From Alphaproteobacteria bacterium (lineage in GTDB: Bacteria; Pseudomonadota; Alphaproteobacteria; UBA7887): a DNA stretch of 64,000 bases. The notes below the pieces were generated by a model. That model ran no database searches. It had not been told where the DNA came from and saw nothing but the letters and a program-made list of their open reading frames with translations. A program made the translations under genes and the position numbers. Positions 1 to 10,190 of the stretch are shown in pieces (the stretch's first letter is position 1; each line of letters begins with the position of its first letter). Where the stretch lies: positions 3,232,001 through 3,296,000 of the forward strand of contig CBDCGL010000011.1 of NCBI GenBank assembly GCA_965216755.1, given 5' to 3'.

Positions 1-976
1 CGCTCAAGCCGGCGTCTTTCAAGGCCTGCTTGCACGGCTCCACGGTGCGTTGAACCAAATCGTCGACCAAGGCTTCCAGTTTCGCCCGGGTCAGCTTCAT
101 GGTCAGATGTTTGGGACCCGATTGATCGGCGGTGATGAACGGCAGATTGATTTCGGTTTGGGTCGTCGACGACAGCTCGACCTTGGCTTTTTCGGCGGCC
201 TCTTTCAGGCGCTGTAACGCCAGTTTGTCTCGGCGCAAGTCGATCCCGTTTTCCTTCTTGAATTCATCGGCGAGATAGTCGAGCACACGCATGTCGAAAT
301 CTTCGCCGCCAAGGAAAGTATCGCCGTTGGTCGATTTGACCTCGAACACACCGTCGCCAATCTCCAAGATCGACACGTCAAAGGTGCCACCACCCAGGTC
401 ATAGACCGCGATCACGCCGCTTTGCTTTTTTTCCAAGCCATAGGCCAACGACGCCGCAGTCGGCTCGTTGATGATGCGCATGACCTCGAGGCCGGCGATC
501 TGGCCCGCGTCTTTGGTGGCTTGGCGCTGCGCGTCGTTGAAATAGGCCGGAACCGTGATCACCGCCTGGGTGACGGTTTCGCCAAGATGGCTCTCGGCGG
601 TTTCCTTCATCTTTTGCAGGATAAAGGCGCTCATTTGGCTGGGCGCGTAGCTCTTGCCGCGTGATTCGACCCAGGCGTCGCCATTATCCGCCTTGACGAT
701 CTTGTACGGCACCATGTTGGCGTCTTTTTCAACGACCGGATCGCCGTAGCTGCGACCGATCAGCCGCTTGATGGCGAAAAACGTGTTCTCAGGATTGGTC
801 ACCGCCTGGCGTTTGGCCGGTTGGCCGACCAAGCGTTCGCCGTCTTCGGTAAACGCCACCATGGATGGCGTCGTACGATTGCCTTCCGCGTTTTCGATCA
901 CGCGGGCATCTTTGCCCTCCATGACCGCGACGCACGAATTGGTGGTCCCGAGATCAATGCCGATGATCTTGCTCAT
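1..976 (-). CDS. dnaK: Molecular chaperone DnaK (Hsp70), N-terminal part; runs off the window start
   Basis: Not in the ORF track. Read by hand from ATG 976: [42 protein letters not shown], later [13 protein letters not shown] and [17 protein letters not shown] upstream. Confidence 0.98.
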   Translation of the reverse strand, partial: MSKIIGIDLGTTNSCVAVMEGKDARVIENAEGNRTTPSMVAFTEDGERLVGQPAKRQAVTNPENTFFAIKRLIGRSYGDPVVEKDANMVPYKIVKADNGDAWVESRGKSYAPSQMSAFILQKMKETAESHLGETVTQAVITVPAYFNDAQRQATKDAGQIAGLEVMRIINEPTAASLAYGLEKKQSGVIAVYDLGGGTFDVSILEIGDGVFEVKSTNGDTFLGGEDFDMRVLDYLADEFKKENGIDLRRDKLALQRLKEAAEKAKVELSSTTQTEINLPFITADQSGPKHLTMKLTRAKLEALVDDLVQRTVEPCKQALKDAGLS

Positions 977-1125
977 GAATTTCCTCTTTCTCGAAGCAGG
1001 CGGAGGCGAACGGCCTTCATAAGCACCGCACGTCCCCTTTGTAACAGGAGTCTCTTAACGCCGCGTTCTACTGCGCCGCATCCCCGCGTACGACCAGAGT
1101 CGCAGCGGCGCGGCGCACCACACGG

Positions 1126-1156
1126 ATATATGGGAGTGCAGATACCGCACTGCAAC
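1126..1156 (-). promoter_or_regulatory. Putative sigma32 (RpoH) promoter of dnaK
   Basis: Minus strand GTTG-N18-CCCATATA resembles the alphaproteobacterial RpoH consensus CTTG-N17/18-CCTATAT and lies upstream of dnaK. Confidence 0.65.
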
Positions 1157-1176
1157 CGCGCTGTCGACCACGTTTG

Positions 1177-1833
1177 TCATACCTCTGTATCGACGCCTTC
1201 ACCCGGCGGCGGACGCTTGGCGACGCCGACCATCGCTGGACGCAAAAGCCGATCGTGGATTCGGTAACCGCACTGGATCACCTGGACCACGGTTCCGGGC
1301 GGTTGCGTGCCATCTTCGACTTCGAACATGGCCTCGTGCAAATTATGATCGAACGGCGCGCCGATCGCGTCGATCCGCTCGATCCCCTGTTTCTGCAAGG
1401 CGGTTTCAAGCATCCGCTGGGTCATCTCAATGCCTTCGATAAGGCTCTTGAGATGGTCGTCGGCACCGTCTTGGACCGCGTTCGGCACGGTTTCCAGCGC
1501 GCGCGCCAAATTGTCCGAAATGCCAACCACGTCGCGTGCGAATTCCGCGACCGCATATTTGCGCGTATCGTCACGCTCGCGCGCCGCGCGCTTGCGGACA
1601 TTCTCGGTCTCGGCCAGGGCAAGCAGACGCTGCTGTTTGAGCGATTCGATCTGCTCATGCAGAGCCTCGGCATTGTCGGCCGATTCGGGCGCCTCGGCGC
1701 CAGATTCGGCGCCAGATTCAGCGGACGCGGCGCCATCCCTGGTGGGCGCCTCGCCTGTCTCGTCCGGGCCGGGGTCGTTGTCTCGATCGGCCGCGTCCGG
1801 CGGATCCGATGGGTCGGTATCGATGTTGTTCAT
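1177..1833 (-). CDS. grpE: Nucleotide exchange factor GrpE
   Basis: Motifs AETENVRKR, FDHNLHEAM, GYRIHDRLLRPAMVGV. Start set to MNNIDT (1833). Lies between hrcA and dnaK. Confidence 0.96.
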   Translation of the reverse strand: MNNIDTDPSDPPDAADRDNDPGPDETGEAPTRDGAASAESGAESGAEAPESADNAEALHEQIESLKQQRLLALAETENVRKRAARERDDTRKYAVAEFARDVVGISDNLARALETVPNAVQDGADDHLKSLIEGIEMTQRMLETALQKQGIERIDAIGAPFDHNLHEAMFEVEDGTQPPGTVVQVIQCGYRIHDRLLRPAMVGVAKRPPPGEGVDTEV

Positions 1834-1913
1834 GTTCGGAGTTGCCGTCGCTTGCGTTGCAAATTTCACTCGAAACAGGCTGTCGTGGCCGCGGCGCGGC
1901 CGGCCAGAGCCGG

Positions 1914-2969
1914 TTATCCTATCAGCCGCGAAATGGTGCGGGCGGTAAAGTCGACCATTGGAATAATGCGCGCATAATTGAGCCGGGTCGGGCCGATCAC
2001 GCCGATGGCACCGACACATTTTTGCGGGTCGTCATCTTCGCCGCCGCGCACCTGTCCTAGGGGCGCGACGATAAGCGAGCAACCGGCCAAGTCAAACAAT
2101 CTGTTGTCGGCACCGATAAACACATGCACGCCGTCGCCGCCAACCGTCGAATCAATCAGCCGGACCAAATTCGAGCGCCGCTCCAAAGCCTCGAACAAGC
2201 CGCGGATGCGCTCCAGGTCTTCGATCGCGTGGACATCTTCAAACAATTTGTCGCGGCCACGCAAAATCAATCGCGCGTCATCGCCGTTTTCCGACCAGGT
2301 CGCGACACCGGCTTCAACCACATTGGCCGAAAGCGCGTCCAATTCAGCGGACGCGTTTTCCAATTCCTGAGCGATGACCGCGCGCGCATCCGTCAAGGTT
2401 CGCCCCATGGCACGGGCATTAAGATAGTTGCCGGCCTCGATCAGCGCCGACGGCGTCAGGCCGTGGGGTACGTCGATCAGACGATTTTCAACCAAGCCGC
2501 TTTCCGTGACCAATATGGCCAGCGCCTTGCCAGGCGACAAATGGACGAACTCGACGTGTTTCACCGGTGATTCGGTTTTCGGCGCAAACACCAGACCGAC
2601 GGCGCTGGTCAACCCGGATAACAGCTCGGTCGCTTCATTCAAGACCTCGCTGACGCTGCGTCCGTCGCCAGCGCATTGGCCCTGGATGCTGGCCCTTTCA
2701 TCCTCGGTCAGGTCACCCACTTGCAATAGACCATCGACAAACAGGCGTAGGCCGCGATCGGTTGGCAGACGGCCGGCCGATGTATGCGGCGCATAGAGAA
2801 GGCCCAGATCTTCAAGGTCGGCCATGACATTGCGGATTGTCGCCGGCGACAACTGCATGGGCAATCGTCGCGACAATGTGCGCGATCCGACCGGCTCGCC
2901 ATTGTCGAAGTATGACTCGACGATAACGCGGAAGATCTCGCGCGAACGGGCGTTCAGTTCATTGATCAT
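1914..2969 (-). CDS. hrcA: Heat-inducible transcription repressor HrcA
   Basis: Motifs EPVGSRTL, SPATIRNVMADLEDLGLL, PHTSAGRLPT, IGVIGPTRLNY. Confidence 0.97.
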   Translation of the reverse strand: MINELNARSREIFRVIVESYFDNGEPVGSRTLSRRLPMQLSPATIRNVMADLEDLGLLYAPHTSAGRLPTDRGLRLFVDGLLQVGDLTEDERASIQGQCAGDGRSVSEVLNEATELLSGLTSAVGLVFAPKTESPVKHVEFVHLSPGKALAILVTESGLVENRLIDVPHGLTPSALIEAGNYLNARAMGRTLTDARAVIAQELENASAELDALSANVVEAGVATWSENGDDARLILRGRDKLFEDVHAIEDLERIRGLFEALERRSNLVRLIDSTVGGDGVHVFIGADNRLFDLAGCSLIVAPLGQVRGGEDDDPQKCVGAIGVIGPTRLNYARIIPMVDFTARTISRLIG

Positions 2970-3026
2970 TCGGGTATTTGCGACGCTTGTTCTCGATCAT
3001 GGATCTGTTTCGCAAATCGAATGGAA

Positions 3027-3055
3027 ATTTAGTGATCGTGCCTGACAGCGTCAAC
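3027..3055 (-). promoter_or_regulatory. Putative sigma32-type promoter of hrcA-grpE
   Basis: Minus strand GTTGAC...CACTAAAT about 60 nt upstream of the hrcA start. Confidence 0.45.
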
Positions 3056-3154
3056 GTCCGCTCCGTCGGCGCGCCGCTGGACGCCGCCGCGCGCGGGCGT
3101 TAGCCTCTGGCGCCGGTTGCCAAGATCGGAGCATCAGACAAGGAGTCGCCCGCC

Positions 3155-3874
3155 ATGAGACCGTCCGGTCGCGCCGCCGATCAATTGCGCGCTGTCACAC
3201 TGCAAACTGGGGTGAACAAATATGCGGAGGGATCCTGCCTGGCATATTTCGGTGACACCCAGGTGTTGTGCACCGCCACAATCGAGGATCGGGTCCCTCC
3301 ATTTCTGCGCAACACAGGCCAGGGCTGGGTGACCGCCGAATATGGCATGCTGCCACGATCGACCGACAGCCGCATCGATCGCGAAGCGGCGCGTGGCCGA
3401 CAGTCGGGACGCACGCTCGAGATTCAACGGTTGATCGGCCGCAGCCTGCGGGCGGTGACGCAATTGGATGGCTTCGGCGAACGCCAAATCAAGGTCGACT
3501 GCGATGTCGTCCAGGCCGATGGTGGCACGCGCACGGCCGCCATCACCGGCGGCTATGTCGCCCTGCATCTGGCCTTTGACCGTCTTTTGGCTGATCAGTT
3601 GATCAGCGCCATGCCGCTGCACGATCAGGTCGCCGCCGTTTCTTGCGGCCTTTACAATGGTACGCCCGTGCTTGATCTGGACTATCCCGAAGACAGCAAC
3701 GCCGCCACCGACGCCAATTTCGTGTTGACCGCGTCGGGCGGCATTGTCGAGATTCAAGCAACGGCGGAACATACGCCCTTCGACATGGACGGCTTCAATG
3801 CCATGCTCGACCTGGCTCGCCAAGGCACGGCTGCGCTTTTCGAACGTCAAGACGCGGCATTGCAACCGAATTGA
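3155..3874 (+). CDS. rph: Ribonuclease PH
   Basis: Motifs [50 protein letters not shown]. Confidence 0.98.
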   Translation: MRPSGRAADQLRAVTLQTGVNKYAEGSCLAYFGDTQVLCTATIEDRVPPFLRNTGQGWVTAEYGMLPRSTDSRIDREAARGRQSGRTLEIQRLIGRSLRAVTQLDGFGERQIKVDCDVVQADGGTRTAAITGGYVALHLAFDRLLADQLISAMPLHDQVAAVSCGLYNGTPVLDLDYPEDSNAATDANFVLTASGGIVEIQATAEHTPFDMDGFNAMLDLARQGTAALFERQDAALQPN

Positions 3875-4497
3875 ACCAGGCCACAGGACCCCAAAGGCGG
3901 CGCCGCCTGACCGAAATCGAACTGGTCGTCGCCAGCCACAATCCAGGCAAGGTGCGCGAAATTCGCGCGCTGGTCGAACCGTTTGGATTGACGGTCTTGG
4001 CGGCCGGCGCGCTCGGTTTGGCCGAACCTGAGGAAACCGGCGACAGCTTTGCCGCCAATGCCTTGATCAAAGCCAAAGCCGCAGCACAGGGCGCGCGGCG
4101 GCCCGCATTAGCCGATGACTCGGGACTATGTGTTGACGCACTGGACGGCGCGCCCGGGATCCGCTCGGCGCGCTGGGCCGGTCCGCAGCGAGATTTTGGA
4201 GTCGCCATGACGCGCATAGCGCGTGCCTTGGGCGATACCGCCAATCGTCGCGCCCACTTCGTTTGTGCGTTGGCGCTATGTTGGCCGGATGGAGACGCCG
4301 AGACATTTGACGGCCGCGTGTATGGCACGCTGACTTTTCCGCCCCGTGGCGACAAAGGCTTCGGCTATGACCCGATTTTCGTTCCCGATGGCCACACGAT
4401 CACCTTCGGCGAAATGGATCCGAGTCAAAAAGACGCGCTCAGTCACCGCGCCGACGCTTTTCGGCAGTTGGCGGCGGCCTCTCTGACCAGGCGGTGA
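3871..4497 (+). CDS. rdgB: dITP/XTP pyrophosphatase (Ham1 family)
   Basis: Motifs [36 protein letters not shown] start overlaps the rph stop. Confidence 0.96.
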   Translation: MNQATGPQRRRRLTEIELVVASHNPGKVREIRALVEPFGLTVLAAGALGLAEPEETGDSFAANALIKAKAAAQGARRPALADDSGLCVDALDGAPGIRSARWAGPQRDFGVAMTRIARALGDTANRRAHFVCALALCWPDGDAETFDGRVYGTLTFPPRGDKGFGYDPIFVPDGHTITFGEMDPSQKDALSHRADAFRQLAAASLTRR

Positions 4498-5687
4498 TGG
4501 ACGCCACCACAACCAGCGTCGCGGCCGTGCAAGGCGCCGATGACAGTTTGGGTCTGTACGTGCATTGGCCTTTTTGCCGGGCCAAATGTCCCTATTGCGA
4601 CTTTAACAGCCACGTGGTGGCGACGATCGATCAGACGGCGTGGCGCGACGCCCTGCTGCGTGAGCTGGACCATTTTGGAGCCTTGTCGGCCGGGCGGCGG
4701 CTGGCCACGGTGTTTTTCGGCGGGGGTACGCCATCTTTGATGCCACCGGCCATCGTCGATGCGCTGTTGGCACGGCTCGCCGACCATTGGCATGTCGCCG
4801 GCGATCTGGAAGTGACGTTGGAAGCCAATCCGACATCGGCGGAAGCCGGGCGGTTAGTCGATTTTCGTGCGGCCGGAATCAATCGCCTGTCGCTGGGCGT
4901 GCAGTCTTTCGACGACGCCGAGCTGCGCTTTCTCGGTCGTCAGCACGGCGCCGCCGAGGCCCAAGCGGCAATCGCCATGGCACATCAAATTTTCGACCAT
5001 GTCTCATTCGATCTGATCTACGCCCTGCCCGACCAAACCTTGGCACAGTGGACGCGCACGTTGGACACGGCCTTGAGGATGGTCGGTGAGCACATCTCCG
5101 CCTATCAATTGACGATCGAAAAGGGAACGCCGTTCCATGCCGCCCATCGTGCCGGAGCCTGGCGCGTGCCCGACGACGCGCTTGCCCTTGGCATGTTCGC
5201 CCTGTGTCAGGAAAAACTCGCTGACGCCGGATTGCCGGCCTATGAAGTGTCGAACCATGCCCGTCCTGGACGGGCCTGCCGCCACAATCTGGGATATTGG
5301 CTCTATCGCGATTATGTCGGGATCGGCCCCGGCGCGCATGGGCGTCTGACCCATGCCGGCGATGCTGTGGCAACAGTCCAACGGCGCGCGCCGGATGCGT
5401 GGTTGCGGACGGTCCAAGCCCACGGCCACGGCACCCGGCGCCAAGAACCCTTGGATCGCGCAACCCGCTTTAGCGAATTGCTGCTGATGGGATTGCGGCT
5501 AAGCGACGGTATTCCCGAACAGCGCTTTGCCGCTGTGGTGGGCGGCCCACCTGAAAGCTGGTTGGCGCGCGAACAGCTTGCGCGACTGCAACGCAAAGGC
5601 CTCGTCATTCGTGACCAGCGCGGCCTGCGAGCCACGCCAACGGGCTTGCGCGTGCTCGATTCGGTGGTCGCCGCGCTGTTGCCGTAA
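4494..5687 (+). CDS. hemW: Radical SAM heme chaperone HemW
   Basis: [18 protein letters not shown] (CxxxCxxC), FGGGTPS, EANP, YEVSN, HNLGYW. Conserved rph-rdgB-hemW order. Confidence 0.95.
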   Translation: MMDATTTSVAAVQGADDSLGLYVHWPFCRAKCPYCDFNSHVVATIDQTAWRDALLRELDHFGALSAGRRLATVFFGGGTPSLMPPAIVDALLARLADHWHVAGDLEVTLEANPTSAEAGRLVDFRAAGINRLSLGVQSFDDAELRFLGRQHGAAEAQAAIAMAHQIFDHVSFDLIYALPDQTLAQWTRTLDTALRMVGEHISAYQLTIEKGTPFHAAHRAGAWRVPDDALALGMFALCQEKLADAGLPAYEVSNHARPGRACRHNLGYWLYRDYVGIGPGAHGRLTHAGDAVATVQRRAPDAWLRTVQAHGHGTRRQEPLDRATRFSELLLMGLRLSDGIPEQRFAAVVGGPPESWLAREQLARLQRKGLVIRDQRGLRATPTGLRVLDSVVAALLP

Positions 5688-5703
5688 CAATCTTTGGCCC
5701 CGG

Positions 5704-7053
5704 TCAGAAAGACGGCGTGTCGAACAGATCGGGCGCCGGGTCGATAACCCGAAAGTCTTTCGACCGCACGACATAGACCGCCAATCCGCGTCGCGCGATC
5801 CCGTCGGGGTCGAGCCGAAACGCGCCCTGCACACCATTGAAACCGTTCGGGTCTTCCAAACGCGCGCGACTGATACGCGGCGAAAGCTGGCCGCCCAACG
5901 CCGTCGCCACCATGGTCACCGCGTCATAGGCGAGCGCCGCCGGCCGCGGCGGCGCGGTGCCAAACAGCTGACGATAGCGATCGACAAAGGGCCGCCATTG
6001 GGTCGCGGGCAAGGACGCGAACCAACCGCCGATCAGCGCCGGCTCGCCCAAATTCGAATCGCGATGCCACGTTTCCAAACCCAGCAAGCGAACCTCGTTG
6101 ATATCAACATCGTGATACGGGAAAAGGGGCGCGACCGAGCGCAAATCCTGGCCGCCGCCAGCGATCAATACGGCGTCAAAGGTGGGCGCCAAGGCTTTCA
6201 TCGCCGCCGCGCGGTCCTTTGCGATCCGTTCGACCAGTTGGTTGAGCGCGCGTCGGTCCTGACCAAAATACTCGATCCGTTCGATGGCAGTGCCAAGGCG
6301 CCGCGCATTATGGGCGACGGCGCTGGCGACGATTTCGCCATAGGCGTTGTCCGGAACCAGGGCGGCGAAGCGGACATAGCCACGATCGGCGGCATAGGTG
6401 AGAATGCGATCGACCTGTTGCGCCGGCGTGACACCAAGCAAATAGACACCTGGAGCCGAGACCGCCCGGTTATTCGAGAACGCAATGACGGGGACGTTCG
6501 CGGAACGCGCGAACGGCGCGATCGCCTGGACCGAATCGGCGAACAGTGGCCCCAAGATAAGCGAAGCGCCCTGATCGATCGCCGCTTGAAATGCGGCCCG
6601 GGCGCGCGCCGGTTCGCCGGCCGTATCCAGCGGCAACAGCGACACACGATCCTCGCCGGCATCAAACAGCGCCATCTGCGCGGCATTAAGCAATGCCTCG
6701 CCGATCGCCGCCCGCGGTCCAGACAATGGCGCCAAGAATCCGACACGCAACAAACCTTCCGGCACGCCGAAGCGGTCGGCGCCACCGATGGTGACCGGCG
6801 CGCCGGTATCCAAATCCAAGACATCGACACCGGCCGGCGGCCGTGTTCCCAGCGGGTCCGCGACAACATCCGGCTCGGTTTCCACCGGCGCCGGCTCGGG
6901 TTGCGCGTCACTCTCCGGGGGCGTTACGATCCGCTGGCGTGGTCCTTCAACGCAGCCGAGCAGGAATGACAGCAAAAGGACGGACAAAACCCATGGCGCC
7001 CGCCGCCCAGTCGCTCGCGGGGCGACGGCGTGCGCGGCAGCTGGACGTGACAT
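5704..7053 (-). CDS. Penicillin-binding protein activator (LpoA/LppC-like) lipoprotein, periplasmic-binding-protein fold
   Basis: Lipobox LLGC; LAPLSG, ILGPLFA, ALAYDAV, FNGVQGAFR. Divergent from rsmI. Start 7053 is uncertain. Confidence 0.85.
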   Translation of the reverse strand: MSRPAAAHAVAPRATGRRAPWVLSVLLLSFLLGCVEGPRQRIVTPPESDAQPEPAPVETEPDVVADPLGTRPPAGVDVLDLDTGAPVTIGGADRFGVPEGLLRVGFLAPLSGPRAAIGEALLNAAQMALFDAGEDRVSLLPLDTAGEPARARAAFQAAIDQGASLILGPLFADSVQAIAPFARSANVPVIAFSNNRAVSAPGVYLLGVTPAQQVDRILTYAADRGYVRFAALVPDNAYGEIVASAVAHNARRLGTAIERIEYFGQDRRALNQLVERIAKDRAAAMKALAPTFDAVLIAGGGQDLRSVAPLFPYHDVDINEVRLLGLETWHRDSNLGEPALIGGWFASLPATQWRPFVDRYRQLFGTAPPRPAALAYDAVTMVATALGGQLSPRISRARLEDPNGFNGVQGAFRLDPDGIARRGLAVYVVRSKDFRVIDPAPDLFDTPSF

Positions 7054-8036
7054 CTGGCGTAAAGATCCCAAAGAGCGCCCTCCGGTCTCAAAAGGGTTCG
7101 CGACGGCGGCCCCAGGGTAGCGACACGGAACCTCACAAGACAAGCAAAAGCCCGCGCCCTGGTACCACCGTCACGGGCGGTGGCGGCGATAATCGCCTGA
7201 CCTTTGGCCTATATGTGGTGGCCACGCCGATCGGCAATGCCCGCGATATCACGCTGCGTGCCTTGGACGTGCTGCGTCAAACCGACATTGTCGCCTGCGA
7301 AGACACCCGTCGGACCGGCAAATTGCTGGCGCTGCATGATGTCCGGGCCCGGATGATGGCCTACAATGACCATAATGCCGCGCGCGTCTTGCCAACCTTG
7401 GTGCGGGCACTGGGTGACGGCCAAACTGTTGCGCTGACATCGGATGCCGGCACACCGTTGATTTCGGACCCGGGCTATCGACTGGTGGTCGCGGCGATCG
7501 AAGCCGATATTCCGGTTTTCACCATTCCCGGGCCGTCGGCCGTGACCGCCGCGCTGACTGTGGCCGGCTTGCCCACCGACCGTTTTTATTTTGCCGGTTT
7601 TTTGCCAACCCGGTCGCCCGCGCGCCGGCGCGCATTGTCCGAGTTGGTCGCCATGCGCGCAACTTTGGTGTTTTTTGAATCACCCCACCGCGTCGCCGCC
7701 AGCCTCGCTGACATGGCTGACATTTTGGGCCATCGCCCCGCCGCGGTGGCGCGTGAATTGACCAAACTGTACGAGACCGTCGTCCGTCAACCACTTGCCG
7801 ACTTGGCGCGCACATTTCAACAGACCCCGGCGCGCGGCGAAGTCGCAATTGTTGTTGCCGGCGCAAACCAAAGTGCGAAGCCGGTGGCCCAAGATCAAGA
7901 CATCGACGCGCGGTTGCACGCAGCGCTGGCGACCATGTCGACGACGGCGGCCGCGGCGACGGTTGCGCGCAGTTTGGGGCTACCGCGCCGGGTCGTCTAC
8001 CGACGCGCTTTGGCCCTGAAGCGCGAGGATCCGTGA
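7047..8036 (+). CDS. rsmI: 16S rRNA C1402 2'-O-methyltransferase
   Basis: GLYVVATPIGNARDITLRA, CEDTR, SDAGTPLISDPG, FESPHR, RELTK. True start uncertain and may be further downstream. Confidence 0.95.
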   Translation: MTSGVKIPKSALRSQKGSRRRPQGSDTEPHKTSKSPRPGTTVTGGGGDNRLTFGLYVVATPIGNARDITLRALDVLRQTDIVACEDTRRTGKLLALHDVRARMMAYNDHNAARVLPTLVRALGDGQTVALTSDAGTPLISDPGYRLVVAAIEADIPVFTIPGPSAVTAALTVAGLPTDRFYFAGFLPTRSPARRRALSELVAMRATLVFFESPHRVAASLADMADILGHRPAAVARELTKLYETVVRQPLADLARTFQQTPARGEVAIVVAGANQSAKPVAQDQDIDARLHAALATMSTTAAAATVARSLGLPRRVVYRRALALKREDP

Positions 8037-8455
8037 AGCAGGTGGACGGACCGGTTGCGTCGCCGACAGGGCGACGCCGCGACGACCGCCGCGCCGCGCT
8101 GCGTTCGGGCCACCTGGCTGAACGGATGTGTCGGTGGCGATTGCGCTTGTCGGGCTGGCACATCATCGCGCGCAATTGGCGCGTCCCTGTCGGCGAAATC
8201 GACATCATCGCGCGACGTGGCGATCAGATCGCTTTTGTCGAGGTCAAGGCGCGGGCCGCCGAAAACATGACCGAGGCTGTTCCAAGCCTGCGACAGCGAC
8301 GACGAATTGCGCGCGCGGCGCAAATGTTCCTTGCCAAGAATCAGCATCTCGCATCATGTTGTGCGCGTTTTGATTTGATGGTTGTGCGACGCTGGCCGCA
8401 GGGATGGCTATGGCCACACTGGATCCGCAATGCATGGCAATTGACGCCCGACTGA
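8033..8455 (+). CDS. yraN: YraN family endonuclease (UPF0102)
   Basis: Motifs ARNWR, GEIDIIA, FVEVKAR, RFD. GTGA overlap with rsmI. Confidence 0.92.
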   Translation: MKQVDGPVASPTGRRRDDRRAALRSGHLAERMCRWRLRLSGWHIIARNWRVPVGEIDIIARRGDQIAFVEVKARAAENMTEAVPSLRQRRRIARAAQMFLAKNQHLASCCARFDLMVVRRWPQGWLWPHWIRNAWQLTPD

Positions 8456-9090
8456 TCTGTCGACGCCGACAGATCGCGTTGCACCGCGCGTGTCGCGCGC
8501 TGAGCCTCGGTTGCGCCATCGCATGGGTCGCTCTACACACGGCCGGATGCTCACCCGCCGGGCTCGCCATCGGTGCCGCCGCGACCACCGGTGTCGCCGC
8601 GGCCCAAGAGCGGCCGATCGACGAGGCGGTCTCGGATACTGCCATCAGGCTGGAGCTCAATGGCCGCTTCCTCAACGAAGATGTCGCCGGCCTGTATCGC
8701 GCGACGACGTTTGATGTGGTCGAGGGCCGGGTTTTGCTGACCGGGACGGTCGCCGATTTGGCAACTCGCGACAAGGCGACCGCGCTTGCCTGGCAGAGCA
8801 AGGGCGTTCGCGCCGTGATCAATGAGCTGATCGTCGGCGACGCAACCCTCATCGACTCCGCGCGCGACCGTTGGATCACCACGCAGTTGCGTGGCAAACT
8901 TCTGGGCGACGGCGCGATCTACGACATCAACTATGCGATCAGTACCAATGACGGCGTCATTTATCTGATCGGCATTGCCCAGGATAACGCGGAGCGAAGA
9001 CGCGCTGTCGCCCACGCCAAGACCATCGCCCATGTGCGTAAGGTGGTCAGCCATGTCATTCTGCGCGATGACCCCGAACGGCCTCAATAG
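8434..9090 (+). CDS. Dual BON-domain lipoprotein (DolP/YraP-like)
   Basis: Lipobox TAGC and two BON repeats (EGRVLLTG; DGVIYLIG..VRKVVSHV). Start uncertain. Confidence 0.88.
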   Translation: MAIDARLICRRRQIALHRACRALSLGCAIAWVALHTAGCSPAGLAIGAAATTGVAAAQERPIDEAVSDTAIRLELNGRFLNEDVAGLYRATTFDVVEGRVLLTGTVADLATRDKATALAWQSKGVRAVINELIVGDATLIDSARDRWITTQLRGKLLGDGAIYDINYAISTNDGVIYLIGIAQDNAERRRAVAHAKTIAHVRKVVSHVILRDDPERPQ

Positions 9091-9108
9091 GGTGTGCCGC
9101 GCGGTTTT

Positions 9109-9137
9109 TTGGCGTCGCGGCGCAGTGAGGTTATGAT
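9109..9137 (+). promoter_or_regulatory. Putative sigma70 promoter of gshB
   Basis: TTGGCG-N17-TATGAT ending 6 nt before the ATG at 9144. Confidence 0.6.
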
Positions 9138-9143
9138 CCTGGC

Positions 9144-10085
9144 ATGAGCCTCGCCGTTGCCATTCAAATGGACCCCATCGAGGGGGTCGATATCGACGCC
9201 GACAGCACCTTCGCCTTGGCCCTCGAGGGCCAGGCCCGCGGTCACAGTCTGTTCCATTACTTGCCGCGCGACCTGTCCTTGCGCGATGGCCGCGTGGTGG
9301 CGCGCGCGCGGCCTTTGCAGGTGCGTCGGGTCGCGGGAGATCACTTTACGCTGGGTGAAAGCGAACGCCTGGATTTGGCTTTGTTGGACGTGGTGTTGAT
9401 GCGTCAGGATCCGCCGTTCGACATGGCCTATATCACGGCGACCCATCTGTTGGAGCGGATTCATCCGCAAACGCTGGTGGTCAACGACCCAACCGAAGTG
9501 CGCAATGCTCCGGAAAAGCTGTTCGTCACCCATTTTGCCGATGTCATGCCGCCGACCCTAATTACCAGTGATTTAGAGGAAATCGCATCATTCCGCGCCG
9601 TGCACGAAGACATCATCGTGAAGCCACTCTATGGTAATGGCGGCGCCGGTGTTTTTCACATCCGTCCGGATGACGAAAATCTCAACGCGCTGCTAGAGTT
9701 GTTTACCGAGCTTTATCGCGAGCCGATCGTCGTCCAACGTTATTTGCCCGAGGTGCGCGACGGCGACAAACGGATCATTTTAGTCGACGGCGAACCGGCT
9801 GGCGCGCTCAATCGGGTACCGCCGGCGGGCGAGGCGCGTTCGAACCTTCACGTCGGCGGCCGCGCCGAACCGGCCGAGCTGACCCGTCGCGAACGGGAAA
9901 TCTGCCACGCCATCGGCCCAGGGTTGCAAGAGCGCGGCTTGCTGTTCGCGGGCATTGACGTGATCGGCGACTATCTGACCGAAATCAACGTTACGTCGCC
10001 AACCGGTATCCAAGAGATCGATCGGTTCGACCAGGCCAATCTGTCCGCGCAGATCTGGGCAGCCATCGAACGCCGCCGCCGCTAA
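9144..10085 (+). CDS. gshB: Glutathione synthetase
   Basis: Motifs [39 protein letters not shown]. Confidence 0.98.
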   Translation: MSLAVAIQMDPIEGVDIDADSTFALALEGQARGHSLFHYLPRDLSLRDGRVVARARPLQVRRVAGDHFTLGESERLDLALLDVVLMRQDPPFDMAYITATHLLERIHPQTLVVNDPTEVRNAPEKLFVTHFADVMPPTLITSDLEEIASFRAVHEDIIVKPLYGNGGAGVFHIRPDDENLNALLELFTELYREPIVVQRYLPEVRDGDKRIILVDGEPAGALNRVPPAGEARSNLHVGGRAEPAELTRREREICHAIGPGLQERGLLFAGIDVIGDYLTEINVTSPTGIQEIDRFDQANLSAQIWAAIERRRR

Positions 10086-10190
10086 CCGATCCGCGCGGCG
10101 GTGTCCGTCGTCGATTCGATCATCAAACATGCGACCAAAGTGGTTCCTGCGGTTATAGTTCGTTTAGCAGGGATCGAATGGGGGCTCCGC

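Noticed and set aside
1115-1143. Possible CIRCE upstream of dnaK (minus strand TCTGCACTC-N9-...)
   Set aside because: Only the left half resembles TTAGCACTC; the right half does not match GAGTGCTAA.
5527-6969. 480-aa + strand ORF
   Set aside because: Antisense shadow of the LpoA-like gene. Arg-rich with no motifs, as expected from high-GC codon bias.
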